From positions 66,314-130,313 of the forward strand of contig VGZZ01000002.1 of the NCBI GenBank assembly GCA_016872285.1: a stretch of 64,000 bases of DNA, read 5' to 3'. This DNA is from SAR202 cluster bacterium (GTDB taxonomy: Bacteria > Chloroflexota > Dehalococcoidia > Lucifugimonadales > GCA-2712585). Positions 38,706 through 47,329 of the stretch are shown here, one piece after another. How positions within the stretch are numbered: position 1 is the first letter of the stretch; every line of letters begins with the position of its first letter. The notes below the pieces were generated by a model. It searched no databases and was not told the DNA's origin. It was given only the letters and a program-made list of their open reading frames with translations. A program made the position numbers and the translations under genes.

Positions 38706-38870
38706 GGGATACCTTCTTCCCCTGGCCCCTTCTTCCCCGACTGCATCGGGACTGGGTACAGCCTGCTGGAAGAAGGGGAAGAGAAAAAAGAAATACCACA
38801 ACCCCCTCCTTCGGCCAGGCTCAGGACGGCGTCTGTTCTCCCCCATCGAGGGGGAGAAGGTAAAACAGGA
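38706..38870 (+). repeat. Family-A repeat, copy A4 (CATCGGGACT module nested in hairpin 1)
   Basis: CCCCTTCTTCC..cgactgcatcgggactggg..GGAAGAAGGGG, then accacaaccccctccttcggccaggctcaggacggcgtc, then TTCTCCCCCatcgaGGGGGAGAA. Confidence 0.85.
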
Positions 38871-38935
38871 GACAAAGATCGGAATTTGGACTCTTTTCAT
38901 AGTAATGACAGAATGAGATCTTGTTTCGTGAACTT

Positions 38936-38992
38936 GGGGTGTGATGGTAGCGGATGTGTCGTTGAGATTCCTCCACTACGGTCGGAATGACG
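38936..38992 (+). repeat. Family-D repeat unit (..GTTGAG(A/G)TT(T/C)CTCC..CGGAATGACG)
   Basis: ggggtgtgatggtagcggatgtgtcgttgagattcctccactacggtcggaatgacg resembles the units at 42611-42685 and 42822-42905. Confidence 0.7.
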
Positions 38993-39007
38993 TGACCGCA
39001 CTACCTA

Positions 39008-40087
39008 TTAGCGCTGCACTAATAGCTCGCGGCAGAAGCGGGCGGTGTCTACCAGGTCTTTGATGTAGACGTGCTCGCGGACGGTGTGCATCTCGTTGGT
39101 GGACATGCCTACGACGACGCACTTGATGCCCTCTCGATTTAGCACGTTGGCGTCGGTGCCGCCGCCGGAGGGGCCGGGGTCGGGGCGGAGGCCGATGCCG
39201 GTGAGAAGCTTGGTGGTGCGGGCGACCATAGGGTCGTCGGGCGATAGGGCGTACATCTGGAATTCGACCTTCAGCTCGTCCTCGATTTTGGCGTCGCGGT
39301 ACTTTTTGCGGGCCTTGTCGATGACCTCCAGGGTCTGAAGGCGGAGGAGGTCCAGGGTTTCGACGTTGCGGCTGCGGAACTCGCCGACGAAGACGGCGTT
39401 GTCGGGCACGGTATTGCGGACGTTGCCGCCCTTAATCGTGCCGACGTTGAAGGTGGTCTCCTGGTCCAGGCGGCCCTGGGGCAGCGATGTGATAATGTCC
39501 GAGGCGATGCGGATGGCGGAGAGGCCTTTTTCGGGTTCGACGCCGGCGTGGGCGGCGCGGCCTGTGACCTTCACGTCCAGGCTCATGTAGGTGGGGCTGG
39601 CGGTGGTGATCTTGCTGACGGGGCCGTTGCCGTCGAAGACCACGCCCTCTTTGGCTTTAAGCATGGACATGTCCAGATACTTGGCGCCGACCAGGCCCAG
39701 CTCCTCGCCTCGGGTGAAGACAAGCTGGGCGGGACGGCGCTTTTTGCGCTCCTCGTGGAGGGACTCGAGGGCTTCCAGGATAGCGGCGAGGCCGGCCTTG
39801 CAGTCGCCGCCGAGGATTGTGGCGCCGTCGGAGATAATGCGGCCTTCGACGACGCGGGGCTTGACGCCCCGGCCAGGCTCGACGGTGTCCATGTGGGCGG
39901 AGAGGAGGAGGGGGTTGTCGCCGGGCTCGTTGGCGATGAGGTTGCCGTGGGCGTCGCGCAGGATAGTGAAGCCCCAGGCCTTGAGTCGCCGGGCGAGGTC
40001 CTGGGCGACGGCCTCTTCTTCGCCGGAGGGGCTGTCGATGCGGACGATGTCGCAGAAGGTCTTGACGAGGCGTTCCTGCTGGATCAC
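39008..40087 (-). CDS. M20-family metallopeptidase (peptidase T / tripeptidase-like)
   Basis: ORF 39008-40222. The GTG at 40087 is preceded by GGGAGG and gives (M)IQQERLVKTFCDIVRIDSPSGEE. It has HMDTV, GGDCKAG, FTRGEELGL and GGGTDAN blocks. Confidence 0.88.
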   Translation of the reverse strand: MIQQERLVKTFCDIVRIDSPSGEEEAVAQDLARRLKAWGFTILRDAHGNLIANEPGDNPLLLSAHMDTVEPGRGVKPRVVEGRIISDGATILGGDCKAGLAAILEALESLHEERKKRRPAQLVFTRGEELGLVGAKYLDMSMLKAKEGVVFDGNGPVSKITTASPTYMSLDVKVTGRAAHAGVEPEKGLSAIRIASDIITSLPQGRLDQETTFNVGTIKGGNVRNTVPDNAVFVGEFRSRNVETLDLLRLQTLEVIDKARKKYRDAKIEDELKVEFQMYALSPDDPMVARTTKLLTGIGLRPDPGPSGGGTDANVLNREGIKCVVVGMSTNEMHTVREHVYIKDLVDTARFCRELLVQR

Positions 40088-40432
40088 GGCGGCCTCCCTG
40101 GGAGTGGTGATGGGGGTCCGGCTTGTCGGACTGCGCCGATTGAATAATAGTATGTGGCGCAGATTATAGCACCTGGGGAGGTGAGAGGGAGGGAGGCGGG
40201 ATATGGCGAGCCTGACCAACAATTCGTTTCAGGGGAGTCGTTTTGCGATTTTTTCTCAGATCGACTCGAATATTTAGGCACGAGTTAGGCGCGGAGTCGT
40301 TTTAGTGGTTTATAGTTGATCCTGAAGATAATGTATGGGGGAAGGGTGGGTCTATCAGTAGATGATGTGAATAGATAAAGGTTCCCAGACCCGCCGCTAC
40401 ATTTATGGTCCGGAGGGCCGACGCGTCGGCCT

Positions 40433-40497
40433 GCCCCTCCCGATTGTCATCGGGATTTCGTATTGGATTAAGTTAAGGCGCTCAAGACTCAATGATG
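40433..40497 (+). repeat. Family-C module (CCCGAT..ATCGGGATTTCG..GTTAAGG.GCTCAA)
   Basis: cccctCCCGATtgtcATCGGGatttcgtattggattaagttaaggcgctcaagactcaatgatgg. Paralogs lie at 45426-45503 and nested at 62018-62072. Confidence 0.75.
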
Positions 40498-40507
40498 GAT
40501 TGTGGGG

Positions 40508-40659
40508 CAATTGTTTCTCCAAAAAGGGGGTGCTTTTGTGCCTAATCCTGCCAAAAACAACTGAAACAACCTACGGGGACTCGTCTTGTTTTGCGGGCGG
40601 TAAAAAAGCATTAACATCTTTTTTATTTGACAAACGAATCGCAAACGAATCCGAAACCC
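40508..40659 (+). repeat. Family-E long repeat, copy 2
   Basis: caattgtttctccaaaaagggggtgcttttgtgcctaatcctgccaaaaacaactgaaacaacc ... aaacgaatcgcaaacgaatccgaaaccc matches the reverse complement of 27-190. Confidence 0.6.
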
Positions 40660-40858
40660 GTAAAGGGAGGGGGAAGGGCGAGGGCCGATAGATCGGCCTC
40701 CACATTTTATAGGCAAATAGCGGTGGTGGAGCGATCTTGCCCCTACAAAATTGGGATAGGCAAACCCGCAAGCTTAAATCAATGGGCAGATGTCACTACT
40801 CAGAGGTGGTCAGCGATGGGGCATGTCGAGTATTATCTCTGGTCAATAAGTTAAGTGG

Positions 40859-41350
40859 GTGATAGAGATGCCATTGGATGACATGGAGCGCCGAATTGAG
40901 AGGCTGGAGGATATAGAGGCCATCAAGAGGCTGAAGGCGCGGTACTGCGCCTATTGCGACGACAACTATAACGCCGAGGGCATCGCCAGCCTGTTTACCG
41001 AGGACGGGGTGTGGGACGGGGAGCCTCGGGGTGTGAACCACGGGCGGGAGGCAATCCGGCAGTTCTTTAGCCGGGGGCACCAGAGGGTGCCTTTCGCGGT
41101 GCACATGGTGATGAACCCGATGATTGAGGTGGAGGGGGAGAAGGCGCACGGGACGTGGTACTTGTTCCAGGCCGTGACGGAGGGAGGGCAGGCCACTTCG
41201 ACAGGCTCAGGACAGGCTAAGTGGGTGTCGGGGAGATACGAGGAGGACTACGTGAAGGTAAAGGGACGGTGGTTTATAAAGAAGCTGTGGGTGCGGTTCA
41301 ATTTCTGGACGCCGTACGAGAAGGGGTGGGTGAAGGAGAGGTGGGGGTAG
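40859..41350 (+). CDS. SnoaL-like / NTF2-fold protein
   Basis: 163 aa. RIERLEDIEAIKRLKARYCAYCD and GRYEEDYVKVKGRWFIKKL are typical of SnoaL_4/NTF2-like proteins. The start is ambiguous (GTG at 40859, or ATG at 40868 or 40883). Confidence 0.8.
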   Translation: MIEMPLDDMERRIERLEDIEAIKRLKARYCAYCDDNYNAEGIASLFTEDGVWDGEPRGVNHGREAIRQFFSRGHQRVPFAVHMVMNPMIEVEGEKAHGTWYLFQAVTEGGQATSTGSGQAKWVSGRYEEDYVKVKGRWFIKKLWVRFNFWTPYEKGWVKERWG

Positions 41351-41364
41351 GAAGTATCTACCCC

Positions 41365-41919
41365 TTACTCACGCCGAACCGGTAGGACTAAATGCGGAAT
41401 TTCCTTGTTACAGTGTGGTAAGCGCGCGTGTGCATTGTGGTAGCTAATCAGCAGATCCCTTTCTACCTCTAGAAACCAGTGACCAAAACGAATAGCAACT
41501 AGTGCGTGCGGAATATCAATCCCTTCCAGTCCAGACTCTTGCGCATAGGCGTTAACTTCCTCAGCGGAGGGCATTGTGAATTGTAAGGCTGCCACAAACA
41601 AGTTATGAGGCGGAGGAGGGAAACCGCTCTCAAAAAACCTTCTCCCGCCGCGGTGATATCCTTTTCTCCCAGTGCGCGCTGCTTTATCCCACTGATCCCA
41701 GCGTTCGACCAAGCAACGAAAAGACCTCTCGCCATCTCGAGTCGGACCTCCAGATTCTCCAATATTAAGTACATTCTCTTCTAATGGATTTGCAGGCCCG
41801 TTTGGAATCTGACCACTTGGGAATCTGGCGATTAGATACACGCCCCCCACGTTTGAACCTGGAACAGATTTCCTGTTCTGCCAAGGAAACCATTGGGAAA
41901 ACTCTATACCATCTTTCAT
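41365..41919 (-). CDS. Hypothetical protein in a lower-GC segment (weak GIY-YIG-like motif)
   Basis: 184-aa ORF. GGVYLIARF...VLNIGESGG loosely recalls a GIY..YIG pair. No firm family. Confidence 0.5.
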   Translation of the reverse strand: MKDGIEFSQWFPWQNRKSVPGSNVGGVYLIARFPSGQIPNGPANPLEENVLNIGESGGPTRDGERSFRCLVERWDQWDKAARTGRKGYHRGGRRFFESGFPPPPHNLFVAALQFTMPSAEEVNAYAQESGLEGIDIPHALVAIRFGHWFLEVERDLLISYHNAHARLPHCNKEIPHLVLPVRRE

Positions 41920-42019
41920 AAACTCTCCTGCAAAAGGTACAAGATTCTACCAGTAGGAGGGAGATAGGCCGTTTTGGTCAATACTTGTTATAGTGTTGGT
42001 TGGGTTGCCTCAGCGTCGG

Positions 42020-42494
42020 CTACCCCCTGACCTCCACCACCATCTCGACCTCCACGGGCACACCGGCGGGGAGGGCGGCGACGCCGACGGCGGAGCGGGC
42101 GTGGCGGCCGGTGTCGCCGTAGAGTTCGACTAATAAATCAGAGCAGCCGTTGACGACGGCGGGGGGCTGGGTGAAGTCGGGGGCGGAGTTGACGAGGCCG
42201 AGGACTTTGACGATGCGGACGACTTTATCGAGGTCGCCGATTTCTTTTTTGAGGTTGGCGAGGAGAGCGAGGGCGCAGCCTTTGGCGGCGGCGTACCCCT
42301 GTTCGACGGTCATGGTGGCTCCGAGTTTGCCGACGAGGAGCTTGCCGTCGGCGCCGCGGGGGACGACGCCGGACATGAAGACGAGGTTGCCGGTGCGGAC
42401 GGTGGGGACGTAGGTGGCCATGGGGGTGGGAGCGTCGGGAAGGGTGAGGCCCATTTTCTTGAGTTTCTCTTCGATTTTAGGCAAGGGGTTCCTC
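42020..42494 (-). CDS. RidA/YjgF/TdcF family protein
   Basis: ORF 42020-42553. The TTG at 42494 is preceded by AAGGAGG and gives (M)PKIEEKLKKMGLTLPDAP, a typical RidA-family N-terminus. The C-terminus is SAVGVAALPAGVPVEVEMVVEV. Confidence 0.85.
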
Positions 42495-42552
42495 CTTGGA
42501 TATTGTTGCTGATGGGGTGCGATGGCGATTACCAAGCTGGGTGGCGGGCACA

Positions 42553-42995
42553 ACAGATTCTTCGACTTCGCTCAGAATGACAAAAAGGGGCTGGGAGGCG
42601 TGGGTAGTAGAGATGGGGCGTGATGGTAGCGTGCGTGTTGTTGAGGTTTCTTCCGCCACGGCGGACTCGAAATGACGTATCACCCAACTCAAACCTACCA
42701 CAGGAAGTGGAGAAAGCCAGCGAGGAGTTAACCGGCAGGCTGGCTTTGGGCATAGATCCTTCGACTACGCCTGAGTGCACGCTTCGCTCAGGATGACAAA
42801 TATAGCGTGTCGATAATGGAGGGGGCGTGATGCTGGCGGACGGCAGGTTGAGGTTTCTCCACCAATTCGACAGGCTCAGAATAGGCTTCGGTCGAGATGA
42901 CGTATAGCCCTTTGCCCCAGCACGACTCGGGGAAGGGAGGGAGCTGGTGCTAAACGTACCCTCGCCCTTCGACAAGCTCAGGGTGAGCGGAACAA
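42553..42995 (+). repeat. Cluster of about five tandem family-D repeat units
   Basis: Units end at ..cgctcagaatgacaa (42583), ..ggactcgaaatgacg (42676), ..cgctcaggatgacaa (42799), ..ggtcgagatgacg (42902) and ..agctcagggtgagcg (42989). Two units begin ggggcgtgatg..gttgaggtttct. Confidence 0.8.
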
Positions 42996-43055
42996 AATGG
43001 AACGCGCCATTATATGTCACGACTAGAAACGACCTTAGAGATAAAGATAGGTGGG

Positions 43056-44333
43056 TCATTTTTTTATACGCAGGCCGGAGGGTGGGACGGGGGTTTTGGC
43101 GTCCAGGCTGCAGACGTCCAGGGCGGTGAGGGCGAGGACTTTGGCGACGCGCTCCATGTGGCTGATGGTGGTGTACTCGTCCGGGGAGGTGGAGGACTCG
43201 ATGCCGCCGGCGGGGCCGTATAGGAGGCACTGAACGCCGGCCTTCAGCAATTTGGAGGTGTCGTCGCAGCTATAGGACCAGGGGACTACCGTGCCGACTT
43301 TTTGGGGGTCGGAGCCGTGGACGGCGCGGTAGTGGCGGAGGACGCTGTCGAGGATGTAGGCGTCCTTGGGCAGGTCGAAAGGCTCGACGATGAGGGAGAA
43401 GCACTGGTACTTGGCGGGCGGCGGCATCTCTATTTCGTAGCGGAAGTCGGAGTCCGACCTCTTGATGGCGTCCAGGGCTTCTACGACGTCGGCTTTTATC
43501 TGGTCGGCGGTGGCGCCGGGCGGGTAACGGACGTCGATGACGATGGTGCAGAAGTCGGCGATGTAGGTGGCCTCGGTGCGGTTGTAGTCGCGGCCCACGC
43601 CGCCGATGATGTTGCCGACGTTGACGCGAGGGAGGGCGGGCAGGTCGGGCCGTGGCTTCACGCGGAACTTGACGGCTTTGATGGCCTGGATAGCCTTTAT
43701 CATCTTTTCGATGGCGTCGATGGCCTGCTCGACGTTGTTCATGTGGCGGGCGCGGCCCAGAGTGTGAATAGCCATCTCGGCGGAGCCGGCGTGGACGGTG
43801 AGGATGTTATCGGCACCGAAGGGCTCGGGCACTACGGCCATGTCGGTGAGGGGGCCGTTTTCGCAGAGATATTTGGTGCCGACGCCGCCCTGAAGCTCGC
43901 CGGCGACGCAGGCGAGGACAACGTCGCCTTTGAGGGAGGCGCCGGAGGTGCGGAGGGCCTCAGCGGCCTCGATCATGGCGGCGACACCGCCTTTCATGTT
44001 GCGGCTGCCGGCGCCGTAGAGTCGGTCGCCCTCGACGGTGGGGGACCAGGGGTCGCGGCGCCAGCCGTGGGCCAGGGGGTTGACGTCGATGTGGCCGTTG
44101 AACATTATCGACTTGCCGCCGCCTTTGCCTTTGAGGGTAGCGATGGTCTGAAATCGGCCAGGCTCCACTTCTTGAAGCTGGACGTGGTAGCCTCGATGGC
44201 CGAGCCAGTCGGCGAGGAATTTGGCGGCGGGGGTCTCGTTGCCTTTGAAGCTGGGGATGCGCATGAGGTCTTGGCAAAGGCCAACCATGCGGTCTCTGCG
44301 GAGGGCGTCGAAAATTTGCTGCTGTTTAGTCAT
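43056..44333 (-). CDS. M20-family peptidase/deacylase (ArgE/DapE/CPG2-like)
   Basis: ORF 43056-44357 (TTG). The ATG at 44333 gives MTKQQQIFDAL. It has FNGHIDV, GAGSRNMKGG and VAGELQGGVG blocks plus a dimerisation lid region. Confidence 0.88.
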   Translation of the reverse strand: MTKQQQIFDALRRDRMVGLCQDLMRIPSFKGNETPAAKFLADWLGHRGYHVQLQEVEPGRFQTIATLKGKGGGKSIMFNGHIDVNPLAHGWRRDPWSPTVEGDRLYGAGSRNMKGGVAAMIEAAEALRTSGASLKGDVVLACVAGELQGGVGTKYLCENGPLTDMAVVPEPFGADNILTVHAGSAEMAIHTLGRARHMNNVEQAIDAIEKMIKAIQAIKAVKFRVKPRPDLPALPRVNVGNIIGGVGRDYNRTEATYIADFCTIVIDVRYPPGATADQIKADVVEALDAIKRSDSDFRYEIEMPPPAKYQCFSLIVEPFDLPKDAYILDSVLRHYRAVHGSDPQKVGTVVPWSYSCDDTSKLLKAGVQCLLYGPAGGIESSTSPDEYTTISHMERVAKVLALTALDVCSLDAKTPVPPSGLRIKK

Positions 44334-44453
44334 AGGATAGGCCCTAGTCGCCGCCAAGTGTGCCGCAAAGTAAGGGGATGGTCAAGGGAGATTGGTTGAC
44401 TTGCGAGGCCGGGGATACTAACTTACGGCCCAGACCACTTATGAGAGGTAGAG

Positions 44454-45314
44454 ATGCCGCATCCACATCGCGAGTTTTTGATGAAGGACGTGAATTTATC
44501 CAACGGGATGAGGATGCGGTATTACGAGTGGCCGGGTTCTAAGCCGAACCTGATTTTGCTGCACCCATCGACGGGGTACGGGCGGATGTGGGAGTGGACG
44601 GCGGGGTATTTGGGGTCGAGGTTTCATATCTATGCTTTGGACCAGCGAGGTCACGGCGACAGCAGCCGGCCCGATGGGGACTATTCGGCGGAGGAGTATG
44701 CCGAGGACTTGCATCTGTTTATGCAAAAGCTGGGGTTGGAGAAGGCGGTTATCGCGGGGCACTCGCTGGGGAGCCGGGTGGGGCAGGCTTTCGCGGCTAT
44801 ATACCCGTCGGAGGCGCAGGCGCTGATACTGGTGGGCGGGCCGCATTACAGCAACTTTTTCCCGGAGCGGCATAGGGTGGCGCAGGTGCTGGAGGGGTCG
44901 AATCGGACGCTGACATCGCCGACGGAGTTCCCGTCGCGGGAGGCGGCGATGGCGTATATAAAGGCGAACCGCCCCGGCGATAGCAAGGAGGCGCTGGACC
45001 ATCGAATCGAACACAACATGCTGCCGGTGGGAGGGCATGGGCTGGCGTTCAAGTACGACAGGGTGCGAGTGGCGCAGGGGCTGGCGCACATGTCGGACAA
45101 CTTGCGGAAGCACGCCGAGAAGGTGAAGTGCCCGGTGGCGATATTTCGGGGGACTAAGAGCAGCCACCTGTCGAAGGAGGAGGCGCAGCGGGTGGCGAAG
45201 TGCTGGGGCGATGCGGCGGTGATAGAGGTGGAGGGGGACTACGGGCTGGAGGTGGAGAACCCGGAGGGGCTGGCGAGGGCGGTGGAGGGGTTTGTGAGGG
45301 AGAGAGTGAGGTAG
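44454..45314 (+). CDS. Alpha/beta hydrolase
   Basis: 286 aa. It has LILLHPSTGYG, the nucleophile elbow AGHSLGS and a C-terminal His region. A GAGAGG SD lies upstream. Confidence 0.9.
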   Translation: MPHPHREFLMKDVNLSNGMRMRYYEWPGSKPNLILLHPSTGYGRMWEWTAGYLGSRFHIYALDQRGHGDSSRPDGDYSAEEYAEDLHLFMQKLGLEKAVIAGHSLGSRVGQAFAAIYPSEAQALILVGGPHYSNFFPERHRVAQVLEGSNRTLTSPTEFPSREAAMAYIKANRPGDSKEALDHRIEHNMLPVGGHGLAFKYDRVRVAQGLAHMSDNLRKHAEKVKCPVAIFRGTKSSHLSKEEAQRVAKCWGDAAVIEVEGDYGLEVENPEGLARAVEGFVRERVR

Positions 45315-45333
45315 GGGGGAGGGAGGGGAGAGT

Positions 45334-45503
45334 GGGCGAGGCCACCTCGCCCCTACATAATAGGCGGATGGCTTAGAGATGAAGATGAGGTGTGATGACA
45401 GCGGACGGCAGGTTGAGGTTTCTCGACCCCGATTAGCATCGGGATTTCGCATTGATATGGCTATGTTAAGGTGCTCAACTCCACTCGAAATGACATAGCG
45501 CCC
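45334..45503 (+). repeat. Composite family-D element with nested family-C module
   Basis: GGGCGAGGCCACCTCGCCCCTACAT .. ggtgtgatgacagcggacggcaggttgaggtttctc .. CCCGATtagcATCGGGatttcg..gttaaggtgctcaa .. ctcgaaatgaca. The same head motif recurs at 61194. Confidence 0.75.
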
Positions 45504-45639
45504 CACATTTAGTATGCCCCGCAAAGTTATAGGGGCTGGGTGTGATTATGTAAAAGATGTCGTAAAATTTAGGGCGGGTTAAAGCCAGCCTTTGTTAGAA
45601 TACCGACACTTTCTTACCTCGAGTGTAGTTAAGAAGTAA

Positions 45640-47043
45640 TTGGCGCACGATACTTCGACGCATCATAAGAAGCATAAGGCCGTTAAAAGGCCGGCCAAGA
45701 TTACGGCCCCACAGATAATCGCGCCGCATTACGTACCGTTCTTTCGGATTATTCTTTCAGGTTTCGTGTATTTGACGGTCATCGGCGGCGTGCTGCTGGC
45801 GATGCCGTTTGTGAGCGCCGACGGCGACTTTACGTCGCCGGTGGACTCGTTTTTCACCGCGGTGTCGGCCATTAGCGCCACGGGGCTGGCGGTGGTGGAC
45901 ACCGCCGACCACTGGAACGCGTGGGGCGAGCTTATCATCGTCGCGCTGGTGCAGGTGGGAGGTATCGGATTCATGGCTATCAGCGCTTTCCTACTGCTGA
46001 TGCTGCGCCATCGGGTGAACACGGGGGACAACCTGCTGGTGGACAACGTTGGGGCCACGGACAAGCGGCATTTCACCGAGTTTGTGGTGCTGGTGATAAT
46101 CGGGACGCTGATTATCGAAGCGGCGGGGATTGTACTCCTATACCTCACGCTGCCGGACGGGCTGGGAATTAACGGGGTGTGGCACTCGATTTTTTACGGC
46201 GTATCCGCTTTTAACAATGCCGGTTTTGACTTGCAGGGCGAGTTTGCAGGGCTGACGGTCTTTCAGCACAACCTAAGCTTTCTGGGCGCGCTGTCCTTGA
46301 TGTTTGTCCTCGGCGGGCTGGGTGTGCCGCTGCTGCTGAATATAATATCGAGGATGCCGTGGGTGGGGTGGAACCTGGACACCAGGATATCGCTGACGAC
46401 GGTGGCGTTGCTGCTGGTAGCGGGGACGGGGGCGCTCTTTTTGGTGGACCTGGCCACCAGCGCCAGCACAACGATATCGGCGGCGCCGGATAGAGCGATG
46501 AACGCGTTCTTTATCTCGTCGTCGGCGAGGACGGCGGGGTTCAGCACGTTGGACATGGGCGCGATGGCGTTGCAGCCCATCCTTTTCATCATGGCGCTGA
46601 TGTTTATAGGAGGCGTGTCAGGATCGACGGCTGGAGGCATAAAGGTCAACACCTTCGCGACGGTGGTGCTGACGGCGGTGTCGTACCAGAGGGGCTATCG
46701 ACAGGTGCACGCCTTCGGCAGGGTTATCCCGGAGACGCAGGTCCACAAGGCGATAACGGTGGTGTTCCTGGCGGTGTGCAGCGTCTTTGTCTTCATGCTT
46801 ATTCTCACAATAACTGAGGAGGCGGAATTTATTCGGCTGTTGTTTGAAGCTATTTCAGCGCTGACGACCACGGGGTTTTCCATGGGGCTGACGCCGAATC
46901 TCAGTGATACGGGGAAGGTGGTCATTATTTTCGCCATGTTCCTGGGGAGGCTGGGGCCGCTGACGGCGGTGCTGGCGCTGACGCACCGGCAGCAGGTGGC
47001 GCCGGAGCCGAAAGGGGAGGAGGAGGCGATAAGGATAGGATAG
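45640..47043 (+). CDS. TrkH/KtrB-family potassium (cation) transporter
   Basis: 467 aa with a non-ATG start. It has multiple M1-P-M2 repeats with selectivity-filter-like ATGL, GGIGF, NAGFD and TAGFS/TTGFS motifs. Confidence 0.9.
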   Translation: MAHDTSTHHKKHKAVKRPAKITAPQIIAPHYVPFFRIILSGFVYLTVIGGVLLAMPFVSADGDFTSPVDSFFTAVSAISATGLAVVDTADHWNAWGELIIVALVQVGGIGFMAISAFLLLMLRHRVNTGDNLLVDNVGATDKRHFTEFVVLVIIGTLIIEAAGIVLLYLTLPDGLGINGVWHSIFYGVSAFNNAGFDLQGEFAGLTVFQHNLSFLGALSLMFVLGGLGVPLLLNIISRMPWVGWNLDTRISLTTVALLLVAGTGALFLVDLATSASTTISAAPDRAMNAFFISSSARTAGFSTLDMGAMALQPILFIMALMFIGGVSGSTAGGIKVNTFATVVLTAVSYQRGYRQVHAFGRVIPETQVHKAITVVFLAVCSVFVFMLILTITEEAEFIRLLFEAISALTTTGFSMGLTPNLSDTGKVVIIFAMFLGRLGPLTAVLALTHRQQVAPEPKGEEEAIRIG

Positions 47044-47084
47044 GGGAGAAGGGGAGAAGTTTCCCCCAGTCCCGCTCCGACCCA

Positions 47085-47296
47085 CCTCTCTAGCTCTCCC
47101 CCTCAAGATAGTTTTCGCTGGTAAGACAGCCTCAGAGGGAGAACAGGGGCAAGTGGCTCTAATATGTGTTTTGTAGTGCCAGGGTTTCACCCCTCATCCT
47201 GCGCCTTCTCCCACAAGGGGAGAAGGAATTTGCTCTGTGCTAGGCATTCCTTTTTTGTACCTCGAAGCTCAATTATCACGAAACATTCAAGGAGAG
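47085..47296 (+). repeat. Family-B repeat, copy B3
   Basis: ccctcaagatagtt..gcaagtggctctaata..gtgCCAGGGTTTCACCCCTCATCCTGCGCCTTCTCCCacaaGGGGAGAAGGAATTT..gCTCAATTATCACgaaaCATTCAAGGagagg. Confidence 0.85.
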
Positions 47297-47329
47297 GAGA
47301 GGATCAAAAAAGAGCGCTGGTAAGGGCCG

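Noticed and set aside
42553-42995. Possible CRISPR array, given the many short repeats.
   Set aside because: The units are imperfect, variable in length and not regularly spaced with unique spacers. No cas genes or leader are present in the window.
45506-45639. c-di-AMP (ydaO-type) riboswitch upstream of the TrkH/KtrB-family gene.
   Set aside because: No recognisable pseudo-twofold ACGGGGA/CCCA-type cores are present. The region is AT-rich and short.
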